A DNA stretch of 64,000 nucleotides, taken from the IMG/VR virus record IMGVR_UViG_3300010885_062553; one strand, 5' to 3'. The notes under the pieces were generated by a model that did not search any database, was not told the DNA's origin, and saw only the letters and a program-made list of their open reading frames with translations. The DNA comes from an uncultured virus (IMG/VR IMGVR_UViG_3300010885_062553) (taxonomy: Duplodnaviria > Heunggongvirae > Uroviricota > Caudoviricetes). Every line of letters begins with the position of its first letter. Position 1 is the first letter of the stretch. The position numbers were made by a program, and so were the translations under genes. Positions 8,199 to 17,559 of this stretch are shown one piece after another.

Positions 8199-9608
8199 AT
8201 GTGCGGAATACTGCTAACTACTAGGGCCAGCGAAATGCCCGAACTCTTAGATTCTATAGAACATAGAGGAATAGAAAAATCAATGGTTGATCTTGATGGT
8301 GTTACCCTATGCCACCATAGACTTCCCATCCAGACATTAGATGGTGATGAATGGGCACAGCCTCTAGAAATATCAGATGGAATATATTTGATGTTTAATG
8401 GTGAGATCTTTAATTATGATCAAACTAAATTTTCATCCGATACTGAGTATCTTTGTAATTTATTCTCTAGTTATAGAGGTGGAAGCGTGGAGTTCTTTAG
8501 TGCTATGTATATTCCTCATATTCAAACTTGGGATGGATTTTGGGCTATAATTATCTACAATTCTAAAACTGGTGATATTATCGCCTTTACCGATCCTCTT
8601 GGTAAGAAGTGCCTTTATAAAAATGAGCTTGGTGAGATTTGCTCAGAGATAAAAGGTCTATTTACAGGTCAAAGTGATCTTGACCAATCCTATATTAGTT
8701 CGGTTAGGAAATGGGGATATAATAAGGATGAAAGAACACCTTATCTAAACATTAAAAGACTTTTACCAAATAACATTTATTCCTACAATATAGCGTCTCC
8801 ACTTTTTAACCACATTTTCCCTAAGTATTATAGAGCTTGGGAAACCCCAATTAAAAGCTTAATAGGAGCTGATTACGAGGCTCATATGGAATGGCTTTGG
8901 GATAAAATGATAGAGAGCGTAAAGTTCCGTCTGGTGTCTAAGAACTATCCAATATCGGTGTTAGTTTCTGGGGGTCTAGATTCTTCGATCATAGCAGCAA
9001 TTCTTAAACAGCTTGAATCCAAGGTAACCTGGTTTTCTATAGAAAATGGGGAATCCCAGTATGTTAAAGCACTTAGTGAGCATTTAGAGACCCCGATTAA
9101 CTTTTTAGACTACAATATGGATTCTAGCAAACTGGCAGATATTTATTGTGATTGGAACGAAGGACCTATAGATCTAGGATCTGTTATACCGCAATACCAT
9201 TTATTTGAAGCAGTTAAGAAGGAAACAGGATATCGGATAGTTATTAGCGGGGACGGCTCTGATGAGCTCTTTGGCGGATATTCAAGAATCCACGAATACG
9301 ACTCCCAGCAGTCTGACATTTTTGAAGAGCTTACCTATTACCACTTGCCTAGACTTGATAAAATGTCTATGGCACATACCCTGGAGTTAAGAAATCCATT
9401 CCTGAATCTAGAAATAGTTAGATTTGCCTTGCATTTACCTATAGAATGGAGGACAGATAAAAAAATACTTAAGGACACATTTGGTCCACTTTTACCCGAA
9501 TCTATATTAAACAGGAAAAAAGAGGCACTTAAAAACCCTGAAATAAAAGAGGATAGAATTAAATATAGACAAAAAGCGGTTAATCTCTTTATAGAATCTA
9601 TTAAATAA
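8199..9608 (+). CDS. asnB: Asparagine synthetase B-like glutamine amidotransferase
   Basis: MCGI Ntn nucleophile, HRG, FNGEIFNY, SDTE, SGGLDSS PP-loop, SGDGSDELFGGY, DKMSMAHTLELRNPFL. Confidence 0.92.
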   Translation: MCGILLTTRASEMPELLDSIEHRGIEKSMVDLDGVTLCHHRLPIQTLDGDEWAQPLEISDGIYLMFNGEIFNYDQTKFSSDTEYLCNLFSSYRGGSVEFFSAMYIPHIQTWDGFWAIIIYNSKTGDIIAFTDPLGKKCLYKNELGEICSEIKGLFTGQSDLDQSYISSVRKWGYNKDERTPYLNIKRLLPNNIYSYNIASPLFNHIFPKYYRAWETPIKSLIGADYEAHMEWLWDKMIESVKFRLVSKNYPISVLVSGGLDSSIIAAILKQLESKVTWFSIENGESQYVKALSEHLETPINFLDYNMDSSKLADIYCDWNEGPIDLGSVIPQYHLFEAVKKETGYRIVISGDGSDELFGGYSRIHEYDSQQSDIFEELTYYHLPRLDKMSMAHTLELRNPFLNLEIVRFALHLPIEWRTDKKILKDTFGPLLPESILNRKKEALKNPEIKEDRIKYRQKAVNLFIESIK

Positions 9609-9629
9609 GAGGAATCCTAAACCTGTTTA

Positions 9630-9637
9630 GATATATA
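9630..9637 (+). promoter_or_regulatory. Putative late promoter GATATATA
   Basis: Exact octamer 18 nt before the ATG at 9656. Confidence 0.7.
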
Positions 9638-9655
9638 TAAGAAAAATTTTTTTCA

Positions 9656-10297
9656 ATGTCAAACATTAAAAAATTAAAAGAATTTCAGATAAATGAGGAC
9701 TTCAACTTCGGTGGATTTTTCTCAAATCTGTTTTCTGTAATGGGAACTGGATTCAAAGACACAATCAGGACAAAAATAACTGCTGCTCTTTTAGAGAAAT
9801 TGGGTCTTATGGAAGGATCCCTACTTTCTTCATTTGTTCAGAACTTCGTAACAGAAATTCCAATGGGTGATATCCCAAAAATACTTTCAGGGGATAATTT
9901 AAATTCAACTTATTGGGCTCCTAAACTTGCTGACTCTTTAAGAAGATTCGTAGAACAAAAAGGTATAGATACCGTAGCTGCTTCTATGGGGATTAAGACA
10001 ACTGGTTTAGCTTTTACTTTTCTAAGAAATATGCTTTTAAGTAAGGAAGGACAGGATAAAATGGTTAAAGCATTCGAGGAGCTATTAGGAAGCGCTCATA
10101 TCGGTAAAGAAGCTGTTGAAAATTTAAGCAGTAATGACAAAGAAAAACTTACCAATGCTCTTAGCCAAAGACTGGGACAATCATACACTTCAAGCCAGGT
10201 ATCGCCATCAACAGGAGCATCAAGAGGTGATTCAGGTTCTTCAGATGGAATTTGGGGGGCTTTACAAAGAATATGGAATTCAGCAGCTGCAGCATAA
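9656..10297 (+). CDS. Putative internal head protein with amphipathic helix after INE site
   Basis: MSNIKKLKEFQINE|DFNFGGFFSNLFSVMG; C-terminal GIWGALQRIWN. Confidence 0.6.
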   Translation: MSNIKKLKEFQINEDFNFGGFFSNLFSVMGTGFKDTIRTKITAALLEKLGLMEGSLLSSFVQNFVTEIPMGDIPKILSGDNLNSTYWAPKLADSLRRFVEQKGIDTVAASMGIKTTGLAFTFLRNMLLSKEGQDKMVKAFEELLGSAHIGKEAVENLSSNDKEKLTNALSQRLGQSYTSSQVSPSTGASRGDSGSSDGIWGALQRIWNSAAAA

Positions 10298-10312
10298 ATT
10301 AATTTTTTTAAT

Positions 10313-10657
10313 ATGAATTTACAAAACGTAGCCCAAAGGGAAATATTAAATTTTGATCAGTTTCTGAACAAGGTACATGACAATAAATACAAGCCACTTG
10401 CACCTTCTAACCAATCGCAAGGTGGGTTAATGAAATCAGGTCTTTCTACCATTAAAAGAGAGCCTGCATATGATCATGTTGGATATGCTAATGCTGTTTT
10501 TGCAAACACCTCAAACATAAATGTGCCTGGTGTAAGAATAGATAGAAATGAGCAAGGCATATTTAAAGATGCTACTAGTTTCGGTACCACCAGCATAATG
10601 CACACCACTGAATCCCTAGAATTTTCATCGGATTTAAAAAGATTGGAAGATTTTTAA
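10313..10657 (+). CDS. Hypothetical protein, possible head-targeted protein
   Basis: ILNFDQFLN near the N-terminus (compare MLNFDQF at 2346) and LKRLEDF at the C-terminus. Confidence 0.5.
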   Translation: MNLQNVAQREILNFDQFLNKVHDNKYKPLAPSNQSQGGLMKSGLSTIKREPAYDHVGYANAVFANTSNINVPGVRIDRNEQGIFKDATSFGTTSIMHTTESLEFSSDLKRLEDF

Positions 10658-10678
10658 TATTGATATGCTATTAAAAAG

Positions 10679-10703
10679 AAAAGGCCTTTATAGGCCTTTT
10701 TTT
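10679..10703. terminator. Bidirectional intrinsic terminator
   Basis: AAAAGGCCT-TTAT-AGGCCTTTT between convergent genes. Confidence 0.85.
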
Positions 10704-11439
10704 ATGTGGATTTTTTTGATAGTGTGTCTATGAATTTCTCCTTAGCTAATTTATAAATTTCGGATTCCTCCTCAAAATTCTCATATATTTCTATAACGTA
10801 TAAATGTGGGAAATGCTCACCATTTATGCTAAACTCGTTCAGAATCTCGTGATATATGTACTCGTAATTAAGTGAAAAAAATGGGTTCCTAACGGGAGCT
10901 TTTTTTAAGATAAAGACCTCTTTATCGCCATCCTCTGTTTTCATTATTATTTGAGCTCTGAAAAAATAATTTAAGATCTTATCAGTTGCCATATTTCTGA
11001 TTATGAGTATACCAGAGTCATCTTTTCTTATCGGCGGATCAAATTTTGATTGGATCTTGAATATTTTAATTTTAGATTCTTCCTCCTTTATCATCTCTAA
11101 ACAGATTCCTGAGTACCCATAAAGGGTGTCCAAAGAGCTCTTTATGATTGATTCTATGTTCTTTAAATCTTCATCATTTAAATCCTTTTTTGTGAATTCT
11201 TCCATAAATTCATTATCCTCTCTTTTCAAAAGATCAGTAACGGATTTGCTAAATTTTTTAGTTTCTTTATAGTCATTCAAGGACTTTATTATCCTTGAGA
11301 TCTCTTTTGTAATGGTAAAACAGTTGCTATGGTTTAGATCCTTACTTATTGCTTTCAAATAGTCCAATAGGATATACTCCTTGTGCTCTGGATCCAGTGG
11401 ATCCTTCAAAAACCATATAGGGCTTAACTTTTTTTTCAT
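10702..11439 (-). CDS. Hypothetical protein
   Basis: 245-aa ORF with its own upstream AATATATAC box and downstream terminator; WFLKDPLDPEHKEYILLDYL N-terminal block. Confidence 0.7.
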   Translation of the reverse strand: MKKKLSPIWFLKDPLDPEHKEYILLDYLKAISKDLNHSNCFTITKEISRIIKSLNDYKETKKFSKSVTDLLKREDNEFMEEFTKKDLNDEDLKNIESIIKSSLDTLYGYSGICLEMIKEEESKIKIFKIQSKFDPPIRKDDSGILIIRNMATDKILNYFFRAQIIMKTEDGDKEVFILKKAPVRNPFFSLNYEYIYHEILNEFSINGEHFPHLYVIEIYENFEEESEIYKLAKEKFIDTLSKKST

Positions 11440-11462
11440 CTCTGGACTTTTTTAAATCTAAT

Positions 11463-11503
11463 GTATATATTTGTCGCTCATTAGAAGAGCTTAAAGATAT
11501 ATA
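11463..11503. promoter_or_regulatory. Divergent pair of putative late promoters
   Basis: AATATATAC on the minus strand (11463-11471) and GATATATA on the plus strand (11496-11503) in the 81-nt divergent spacer. Confidence 0.6.
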
Positions 11504-11520
11504 CAAGAAAAGTCTTTTTA

Positions 11521-11964
11521 ATGTCTAGAATTTACGATTACGGAGCATTCACATATGCAAAAAAAGAGGGTCCTAGGGGTGAATATAGTTTCGGCACCGG
11601 GATAGAGTACATTGATATAGATATACACAATAGGCCTAAAGAATATCAGGATATCATAAACTCTAAGGCTTTTGTTGAATATTCAGTAAACTTAGATATC
11701 ACAAAAAAAGGAATCTCTGATGTTACTTTCTCAATAAAAAATGTGGAACTTGAATTTAGTGTAGACGATCATCCAAATCCAACCAAAGATTTTGATATAG
11801 ACCTTATACCTGGAAGAACTATAGATATTGGACAAATGCACGTTGAATATAAAGAATATAAAATTCCAACATATCCTTCTAAATTGGAAATTGATATGAA
11901 CGCGTCTACCGATCCTAAAAAATTCGATGTTACTATCCATTTCGGGAGTGACACTAATTATTAA
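11521..11964 (+). CDS. Hypothetical protein (beta-rich)
   Basis: 147-aa ORF directly downstream of a GATATATA box. Confidence 0.7.
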   Translation: MSRIYDYGAFTYAKKEGPRGEYSFGTGIEYIDIDIHNRPKEYQDIINSKAFVEYSVNLDITKKGISDVTFSIKNVELEFSVDDHPNPTKDFDIDLIPGRTIDIGQMHVEYKEYKIPTYPSKLEIDMNASTDPKKFDVTIHFGSDTNY

Positions 11965-11970
11965 TTACTA

Positions 11971-12915
11971 ATGTCAGTTAAAAAATTTTTAGATTTTTTT
12001 CAACTAAAGGAATCAATAAGTTACGGTTTTAAACACGTAAAGGACTCTGATGATTCTTGTGTTATTTCTGTTACTGACATCACCAGCAATCCAGACTCTA
12101 AAAAAAATAGAGCGATACTGTTTAACAGTACAGGTGGGTCTGCTTTATTGAGTTACGTTAATAAAGCTGGTGAAGAGCTAGATTCGATAGAAATTCCTCT
12201 TAGTATAATTAAAACAAAGAAGGGTGAGAACGGCAAGGTCTCAAGGGTATCTATTAACAAATATAAAAATCTAGAGGATCATGATACCACGGAAGATCTT
12301 ATAGATGATTTTATAGAGGGCTTTGCTAACTATTTAACGGTTAAGAACGGACAAAGAACAGAATCTACTAGATGTGATATTGAGATTCTTTTGGACCTAC
12401 TTGGTATTCCCGACGATGTAGATACAATTAAAAGAAAAGATAGAGATTCATGGGAGGCGGTTTTAAAAAATAAATCTTTGGTGGATTTAAAGAAAAGAAA
12501 TAAACATGATTTATTTGGATCTTTCAAGATTTACAAAACAAAGGATTCTACAATACCCTGCTTGCATATAGATAATAAAGGTGAAAGTAAAAAGACATCC
12601 TTTAATTTTGATGACGATCCATCCATGGGGATAGAGGAACCCATAGGTTTATCCGAATTAAAATCTAAAAACCCATATTATGATTATCTGATAAACAGAT
12701 GCACAGGACGCGATACCAAAACGCACAAGGATGGATTTGTTAATTATTTTATAGAAACCCTAAAAAACAATCGTTCCAACAACCAGAATAAATCTTCAGA
12801 TAATCCTATATACAGATCTGAAACTGATGATAGCATCAGGAGGATGAGAAAAGCTCTTTCTACATTTTTACCTAACGAGGAGATAGAGAGCATATATTTT
12901 AGGAATCAGAATTAA
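11971..12915 (+). CDS. Hypothetical protein, possibly head-targeted
   Basis: 314-aa ORF; N-terminus MSVKKFLDFFQLKES resembles the targeting motif. Confidence 0.6.
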   Translation: MSVKKFLDFFQLKESISYGFKHVKDSDDSCVISVTDITSNPDSKKNRAILFNSTGGSALLSYVNKAGEELDSIEIPLSIIKTKKGENGKVSRVSINKYKNLEDHDTTEDLIDDFIEGFANYLTVKNGQRTESTRCDIEILLDLLGIPDDVDTIKRKDRDSWEAVLKNKSLVDLKKRNKHDLFGSFKIYKTKDSTIPCLHIDNKGESKKTSFNFDDDPSMGIEEPIGLSELKSKNPYYDYLINRCTGRDTKTHKDGFVNYFIETLKNNRSNNQNKSSDNPIYRSETDDSIRRMRKALSTFLPNEEIESIYFRNQN

Positions 12916-12954
12916 TCATCGAAACAAAAAGGTCATCGAGTATTACAATTAAAG

Positions 12955-13233
12955 ATGAGCTTTGATTTAGACTTCAACTTAGAATACGGGTCTTCAATAA
13001 TCCTTAAAAAAAAGAAGGGCAATAAGGTTATTGAGTTTTCTAGACACAATGATAAAATACTAGATAATATAGTTGAAATGTGGAAGTATGATGGCAAGAA
13101 ATCAAATAAGGGAAAATCAACATGGCTTATTCTTAAGGATTTGCCTGTTTTTTTAGAAACTTATATGAACACTGGTGAATATGAGTTTATGAACTCTGGA
13201 ACAAATCACAATAAAAATAATAAAAAACAATAG
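12955..13233 (+). CDS. Hypothetical protein
   Basis: 92-aa ORF filling the gap in a co-oriented gene run. Confidence 0.6.
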   Translation: MSFDLDFNLEYGSSIILKKKKGNKVIEFSRHNDKILDNIVEMWKYDGKKSNKGKSTWLILKDLPVFLETYMNTGEYEFMNSGTNHNKNNKKQ

Positions 13234-13872
13234 ATGGGGAACTTATTCAAGTCCCTATTTGGGACAATAAAAAAAAATAAAAAAATGGAATCTCCTCAGA
13301 AAACAATTAAAGAGTATCAAGATCAGTATTCACCTTATGATTTTGAGTGGATAAAGGGTGAAAACGTGCCTGCTGTAGAAAGATACAAGGGTATTTCAAA
13401 TAATGGTGATTTCATTTTTATTGACTTCCAAAGTGGGAGAAAAATTAACATTGATCTAGTTGAAGAATACATGCTAATGTTTCCTGCTGCTCCTATAGTA
13501 AAAGAACAACCAATTCAACAAAGAGATATTATAAAAGAGTCTGCAGTTACCTCTATAGTTTACGAGGAGACTGGTGATCTCAATCCTGAATCTCCGATAT
13601 ATAAGTTGTTAAGAAAGCAGAAAAAGAATATGGTTGAGGTTTCGATTAAGATAAAATTGAATCTTCCTCCGAAGGATTTATACAATGTTCTTCTTTTATC
13701 TTTTGAAGAGGCAGAAAAGGAAATTATTGATTTTGTCTTAGATGGGATAGATATTAATAACATAAAAAAATCATTAGCTGATTCTGTTAAAAAATCTTAT
13801 TATTCTGACTCCGGAAAAAAATCTAAGATTAATGAGGATTCAGAGAAAGAACAAAAAGAAGTAGAAGAATAA
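13234..13872 (+). CDS. Hypothetical protein
   Basis: 212-aa ORF; the true start may be the second Met (MESPQ) after an A-rich leader. Confidence 0.65.
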   Translation: MGNLFKSLFGTIKKNKKMESPQKTIKEYQDQYSPYDFEWIKGENVPAVERYKGISNNGDFIFIDFQSGRKINIDLVEEYMLMFPAAPIVKEQPIQQRDIIKESAVTSIVYEETGDLNPESPIYKLLRKQKKNMVEVSIKIKLNLPPKDLYNVLLLSFEEAEKEIIDFVLDGIDINNIKKSLADSVKKSYYSDSGKKSKINEDSEKEQKEVEE

Positions 13873-13873
13873 A

Positions 13874-14464
13874 ATGCAAGAATCAATAAAAGAAAAAGTA
13901 CTCTATACAGCTCCAAGATTTGATGTAATAGATAGAGATGGATATATTGGATTAAGACCTAAAGATGATTCTGTTATCATATTACCATATGTTACCGACG
14001 AAAACAATCTTCCTATATCAATAGGTGTACTCAGGGAAAGAAATAATTTTAGGGAAGGTGGATATTCTTTAACCGTAGTTTCTGGAAGGACTGATGATGA
14101 TGATTCAGGATTTTTGGAAACAGCTAAAAGAGAGCTAAAGGAGGAAACTGGTTTTTCTGTTACTGAAAATGACAAATGGTTTTTTCTAGGAACAGTTACT
14201 GCTTCAAAGATGGTTGACACAGAGCATCCATGTTTTGCTGTTAATGTTACAGGAATTAAAAGAGGAACAGCTACTACAGACGGATCTGAGAATGAGAAGC
14301 AGTCTGAATTTTTATTTATTCCTTCTAATGATGTAGTTAAAACAAAAGACGTTTTTATACCTGCGCTATTTCTAAAACTGTTTAAGTATGTTGTCGGCAT
14401 GGATATGTACAACAGGGACGACTCAGTTTTTGGTAGACCTAGAGGATTTACTGCTGAAATTTAA
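13874..14464 (+). CDS. NUDIX hydrolase
   Basis: Nudix box SGRTDDDDSGFLETAKRELKEETG. Confidence 0.88.
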   Translation: MQESIKEKVLYTAPRFDVIDRDGYIGLRPKDDSVIILPYVTDENNLPISIGVLRERNNFREGGYSLTVVSGRTDDDDSGFLETAKRELKEETGFSVTENDKWFFLGTVTASKMVDTEHPCFAVNVTGIKRGTATTDGSENEKQSEFLFIPSNDVVKTKDVFIPALFLKLFKYVVGMDMYNRDDSVFGRPRGFTAEI

Positions 14465-14476
14465 TTTTGTAAAAAT

Positions 14477-14776
14477 ATGAGTGGACAAATTTCTAAGAAG
14501 GAACAAAGAAGAATATTAAAACAACTTGGAATCAATATTCCCCAAAAGAAAACCATCGATGACATTTCTAATAATATAGAGGAGGGAAAAAACAAGCATA
14601 GAATGTTTGTTCAGGAGATGAAGAATAGAGAGATTATGAAGAATGTCAATAGGGATGGGGTAAAATTGGAATTAGATTCTTTTAAAAATTGGAATCAAGA
14701 ATCCCCAGAGTATACCAGTTTTAAATCATTTATGATAAAATCAAACTGGGATGAATTGAGCGAAACCGAAGAATAA
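14477..14776 (+). CDS. Hypothetical protein
   Basis: 99-aa ORF, tightly packed with neighbours. Confidence 0.6.
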   Translation: MSGQISKKEQRRILKQLGINIPQKKTIDDISNNIEEGKNKHRMFVQEMKNREIMKNVNRDGVKLELDSFKNWNQESPEYTSFKSFMIKSNWDELSETEE

Positions 14777-14778
14777 AA

Positions 14779-15111
14779 ATGCCCAAAAAGCAAATATTTA
14801 ACATCTACTTATCTAAAAATTCTCCCAAAGAGTCTAGGAAAAAACCACGCATTAAAAAGCTGGACCCTTATATTGTAGACATCTCTAAAATAATAAGGGA
14901 TCTTGGATACGAAATAGATAATCTAGCAACAGAATCAGAATTTATATTAAACTACACTATTCGTAAGAAAATTGTTCAGGGAATATATAGTACGAAGTGT
15001 GATAGCATGCTTATTTGCTATAAGAACATAACCCCTGAATTTGAAAGTAATTTGGAGAACTTCTTATCCGAATTACCAAAAGAGGAAGAGTATGCTATCC
15101 ACCGACTATAA
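14779..15111 (+). CDS. Hypothetical protein
   Basis: 110-aa ORF, tightly packed with neighbours. Confidence 0.6.
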   Translation: MPKKQIFNIYLSKNSPKESRKKPRIKKLDPYIVDISKIIRDLGYEIDNLATESEFILNYTIRKKIVQGIYSTKCDSMLICYKNITPEFESNLENFLSELPKEEEYAIHRL

Positions 15112-15129
15112 AAAATAGTGATGGATTAA

Positions 15130-16941
15130 ATGATAGAAGATCTTCTCCGGGAACAGATACTCAAGACTGACTCCAATACTTTAATTTCCAAGTATAGCAA
15201 TATTGGTGCGAATCCCATTAAGAGAGAGACCGCTAAGTCGCTATTCTATGAAGCAGGAAAGAGGAACCCTGCAAAATATGGTCAATTTCTTTTCTACTCT
15301 CTAGGAAGCTACGAGAATGATTTTAAAAACGCTTATTATAGATCAGAATCCGTTTCTTTTAATAAGTCAATTTCTTCTATAGCATCAAAGAACCCCTCTG
15401 CAGGAATGCTAGTTAAGGAAACGATGTCTAACGAGTCAGTTGCTTCGCAAAACACTGGAAACTTAAGTGGGATAGTTTCTTCAACTACATATATTGGTAA
15501 TATTATAGGGGGACTTTCCGCACCCTATTACTGGAAGGATTTTCTTTATTGTAAATACTATGGATCTATTCCTAATAATTACATGATAACGTTAAGAAGA
15601 TTCCCAACTCCAGTTTTGGACAATATGTCTATCCCTGCAGCATTAAAAGATAATGAGGCTTATATAACGGAGGGGGTCGGAAGACCTGTCGCCCAGGCAA
15701 TAACTTGGTTTGGTGGAAATACTGGAAACTCCCTTTCGGGTATACTCAGTTTTACTACTGGATTAAAATGGCTTCCAGCAACACAAGAGGAGATAAAAAG
15801 GCAAGAGGCATTTTCTAAAGGTCTTTTTACTGGTGATCAGGGTATAGGCCCAATGTCATTTATAGGATCCACGTTAGATAAGATTAGTCCACAGGTAAAA
15901 AACATCTATGATGCGGGTAGAAGCATAGTTGAGGGTTTGACTATAGCTACTGATCCTAACGAAACAGTAACTAAAGCTAGACGAACAAGAGCACTTAGAG
16001 ATAAATCTAAGGATTTAGGTGGTGTGATGAGTGAATATATTTGGACGTCAGTTGACGTAGTTACAACAACACAGGTAAGAGCCACTGGACTTCCTTTCAC
16101 CTGGAATGATATCGTTTTGGTCTTTGATTATGATCTAACCTCCGTTGGTGAGGTAAACTCAAAAGCAGCTATGCTGGATATTTTAGCAAATCTTCTTTCA
16201 ATAGGAACAAACTATGGAAATTTCTTAACCCCTGATATTCGATACCAAGCAGACACCCCCGCAATCGCATTCCCTGGAGGAGACAGAGGCCTTGAACTGT
16301 ATTATTCGAATCCCATCAAATGGTTCACAGACTTTGGTAATAAACTTGCCGATGCTACAACAAAAACTTTAAACGATCCGGAATCAAATGCAGTCGACGA
16401 TGTAAGAGCAAAACTTTCTAATCTTCTCCTCGAGGGTGGAAACGATCCAGCAAAATTTGTCGATCAAATAAAGCAATTCGAAAACACACTAGGTACTGCA
16501 GCTGGAAGATTGATAAAACTTTCGGTATCAGGGGAGCTTACTGACAATTATAGGGCGCCATTGTCTCTTTTAACTGGTGCACCAGTGGGAGAATGGCACG
16601 TAACTGTTGGTAATCCTTGTAACCCTATTGCTATGATTGGAAATCTTGTTTGCGATGGGGTTAAAATAGAATTTACTGAATCGCTTGGACCTGATGATTT
16701 TCCAACCGGAGTAAAGGCGACGTTTACGTTAAAGCATGGAAGGGAGAGGGAGAGAGGTGAGATAGAAAGTATCTTTAATAGAGGTGACGGTAAACTTTAT
16801 CAATCTGTATTAAAGACCTCTGCTAATGCACAATCTTTTGCATCAACTGGAGATGTGAACGGAAACGTATTATCAGAAGCCACCAAGAATGCTTATTTGG
16901 ACGGTCAAAGTTGGCAAAAAATTCCTCCGGGTGGGGGTTAA
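15130..16941 (+). CDS. Putative baseplate tail-tube cap/initiator (gp48/gp54-like)
   Basis: C-terminal WHVTVGNP...IGNLVCDGVKIEF...DDFPTGVKATFTLK fits a tube-fold end; lies just before gp53-like and hub-like genes (synteny-based). Confidence 0.45.
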   Translation: MIEDLLREQILKTDSNTLISKYSNIGANPIKRETAKSLFYEAGKRNPAKYGQFLFYSLGSYENDFKNAYYRSESVSFNKSISSIASKNPSAGMLVKETMSNESVASQNTGNLSGIVSSTTYIGNIIGGLSAPYYWKDFLYCKYYGSIPNNYMITLRRFPTPVLDNMSIPAALKDNEAYITEGVGRPVAQAITWFGGNTGNSLSGILSFTTGLKWLPATQEEIKRQEAFSKGLFTGDQGIGPMSFIGSTLDKISPQVKNIYDAGRSIVEGLTIATDPNETVTKARRTRALRDKSKDLGGVMSEYIWTSVDVVTTTQVRATGLPFTWNDIVLVFDYDLTSVGEVNSKAAMLDILANLLSIGTNYGNFLTPDIRYQADTPAIAFPGGDRGLELYYSNPIKWFTDFGNKLADATTKTLNDPESNAVDDVRAKLSNLLLEGGNDPAKFVDQIKQFENTLGTAAGRLIKLSVSGELTDNYRAPLSLLTGAPVGEWHVTVGNPCNPIAMIGNLVCDGVKIEFTESLGPDDFPTGVKATFTLKHGRERERGEIESIFNRGDGKLYQSVLKTSANAQSFASTGDVNGNVLSEATKNAYLDGQSWQKIPPGGG

Positions 16942-16959
16942 TTAATTTAATTTTTTTTT

Positions 16960-17550
16960 ATGGCTTTAGAGATAGACACGCTTGTTAGAAATAAATCGGT
17001 ATTTAATCCATCATCTGGATTGACCCTTTGGAATTATGGAATTTGGGATTTAACTAAACCCTCTATTAGCTTTCAGGGGGTCGGTCCAGATTACAAGGCA
17101 CTTGCAATAGTTACCGAATATTTCCAAATGAGACCCGATTTAATTGCTACCATTAAAATGGGTAATCAAAATCAGATGGGCACCTTGCTTAAATTTAATG
17201 CAATAAGTAATCCGTTCTCACTAAATCAGGGACAACTTTTGGCTGTTCCTGATAACAGAACAATTGATGATATGTTTAATGCTAGACAGATTTTAAATCA
17301 GAAAATGGTATCTAGCGACACAAACACTAATCCAAATCAGGGATTTAGAAAAAATCAGGAGCAAAAAAAGTTTGAAATTAGCGACGGAAGAAAGAAATTT
17401 TTGAACAGCCAGATTAAAAACAATCCACAGATGATGCTACCTCCTAACGTTGCACAGCCAGGTGAATCTCCAATCGATAAGAAAAATGGATACCTTGTAT
17501 TAGCTCCTTCCGCAGGTGGAGGTGGATTCAATTTACCAAATAACTCTTAA
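16960..17550 (+). CDS. Baseplate wedge protein, gp53/LysM-like
   Basis: RPDLIA...G.......LLKFNAISNPFSLNQGQLLAVP. Confidence 0.75.
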   Translation: MALEIDTLVRNKSVFNPSSGLTLWNYGIWDLTKPSISFQGVGPDYKALAIVTEYFQMRPDLIATIKMGNQNQMGTLLKFNAISNPFSLNQGQLLAVPDNRTIDDMFNARQILNQKMVSSDTNTNPNQGFRKNQEQKKFEISDGRKKFLNSQIKNNPQMMLPPNVAQPGESPIDKKNGYLVLAPSAGGGGFNLPNNS

Positions 17551-17559
17551 TCCTTAATT

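Noticed and set aside
7596..12950. Possible second promoter class, GGAATT/CGAAAC-N16-AT(A/T)(A/T), upstream of 7636 and 12955
   Set aside because: Only two poorly matching instances in AT-rich DNA; not supportable.
13231..13236. TAG immediately followed by an in-frame ATG (possible readthrough or stop recoding)
   Set aside because: Multi-kb ORFs contain no in-frame TAG or TGA, so the standard code fits. The sequence before the TAG is a typical A-rich leader for the next gene.
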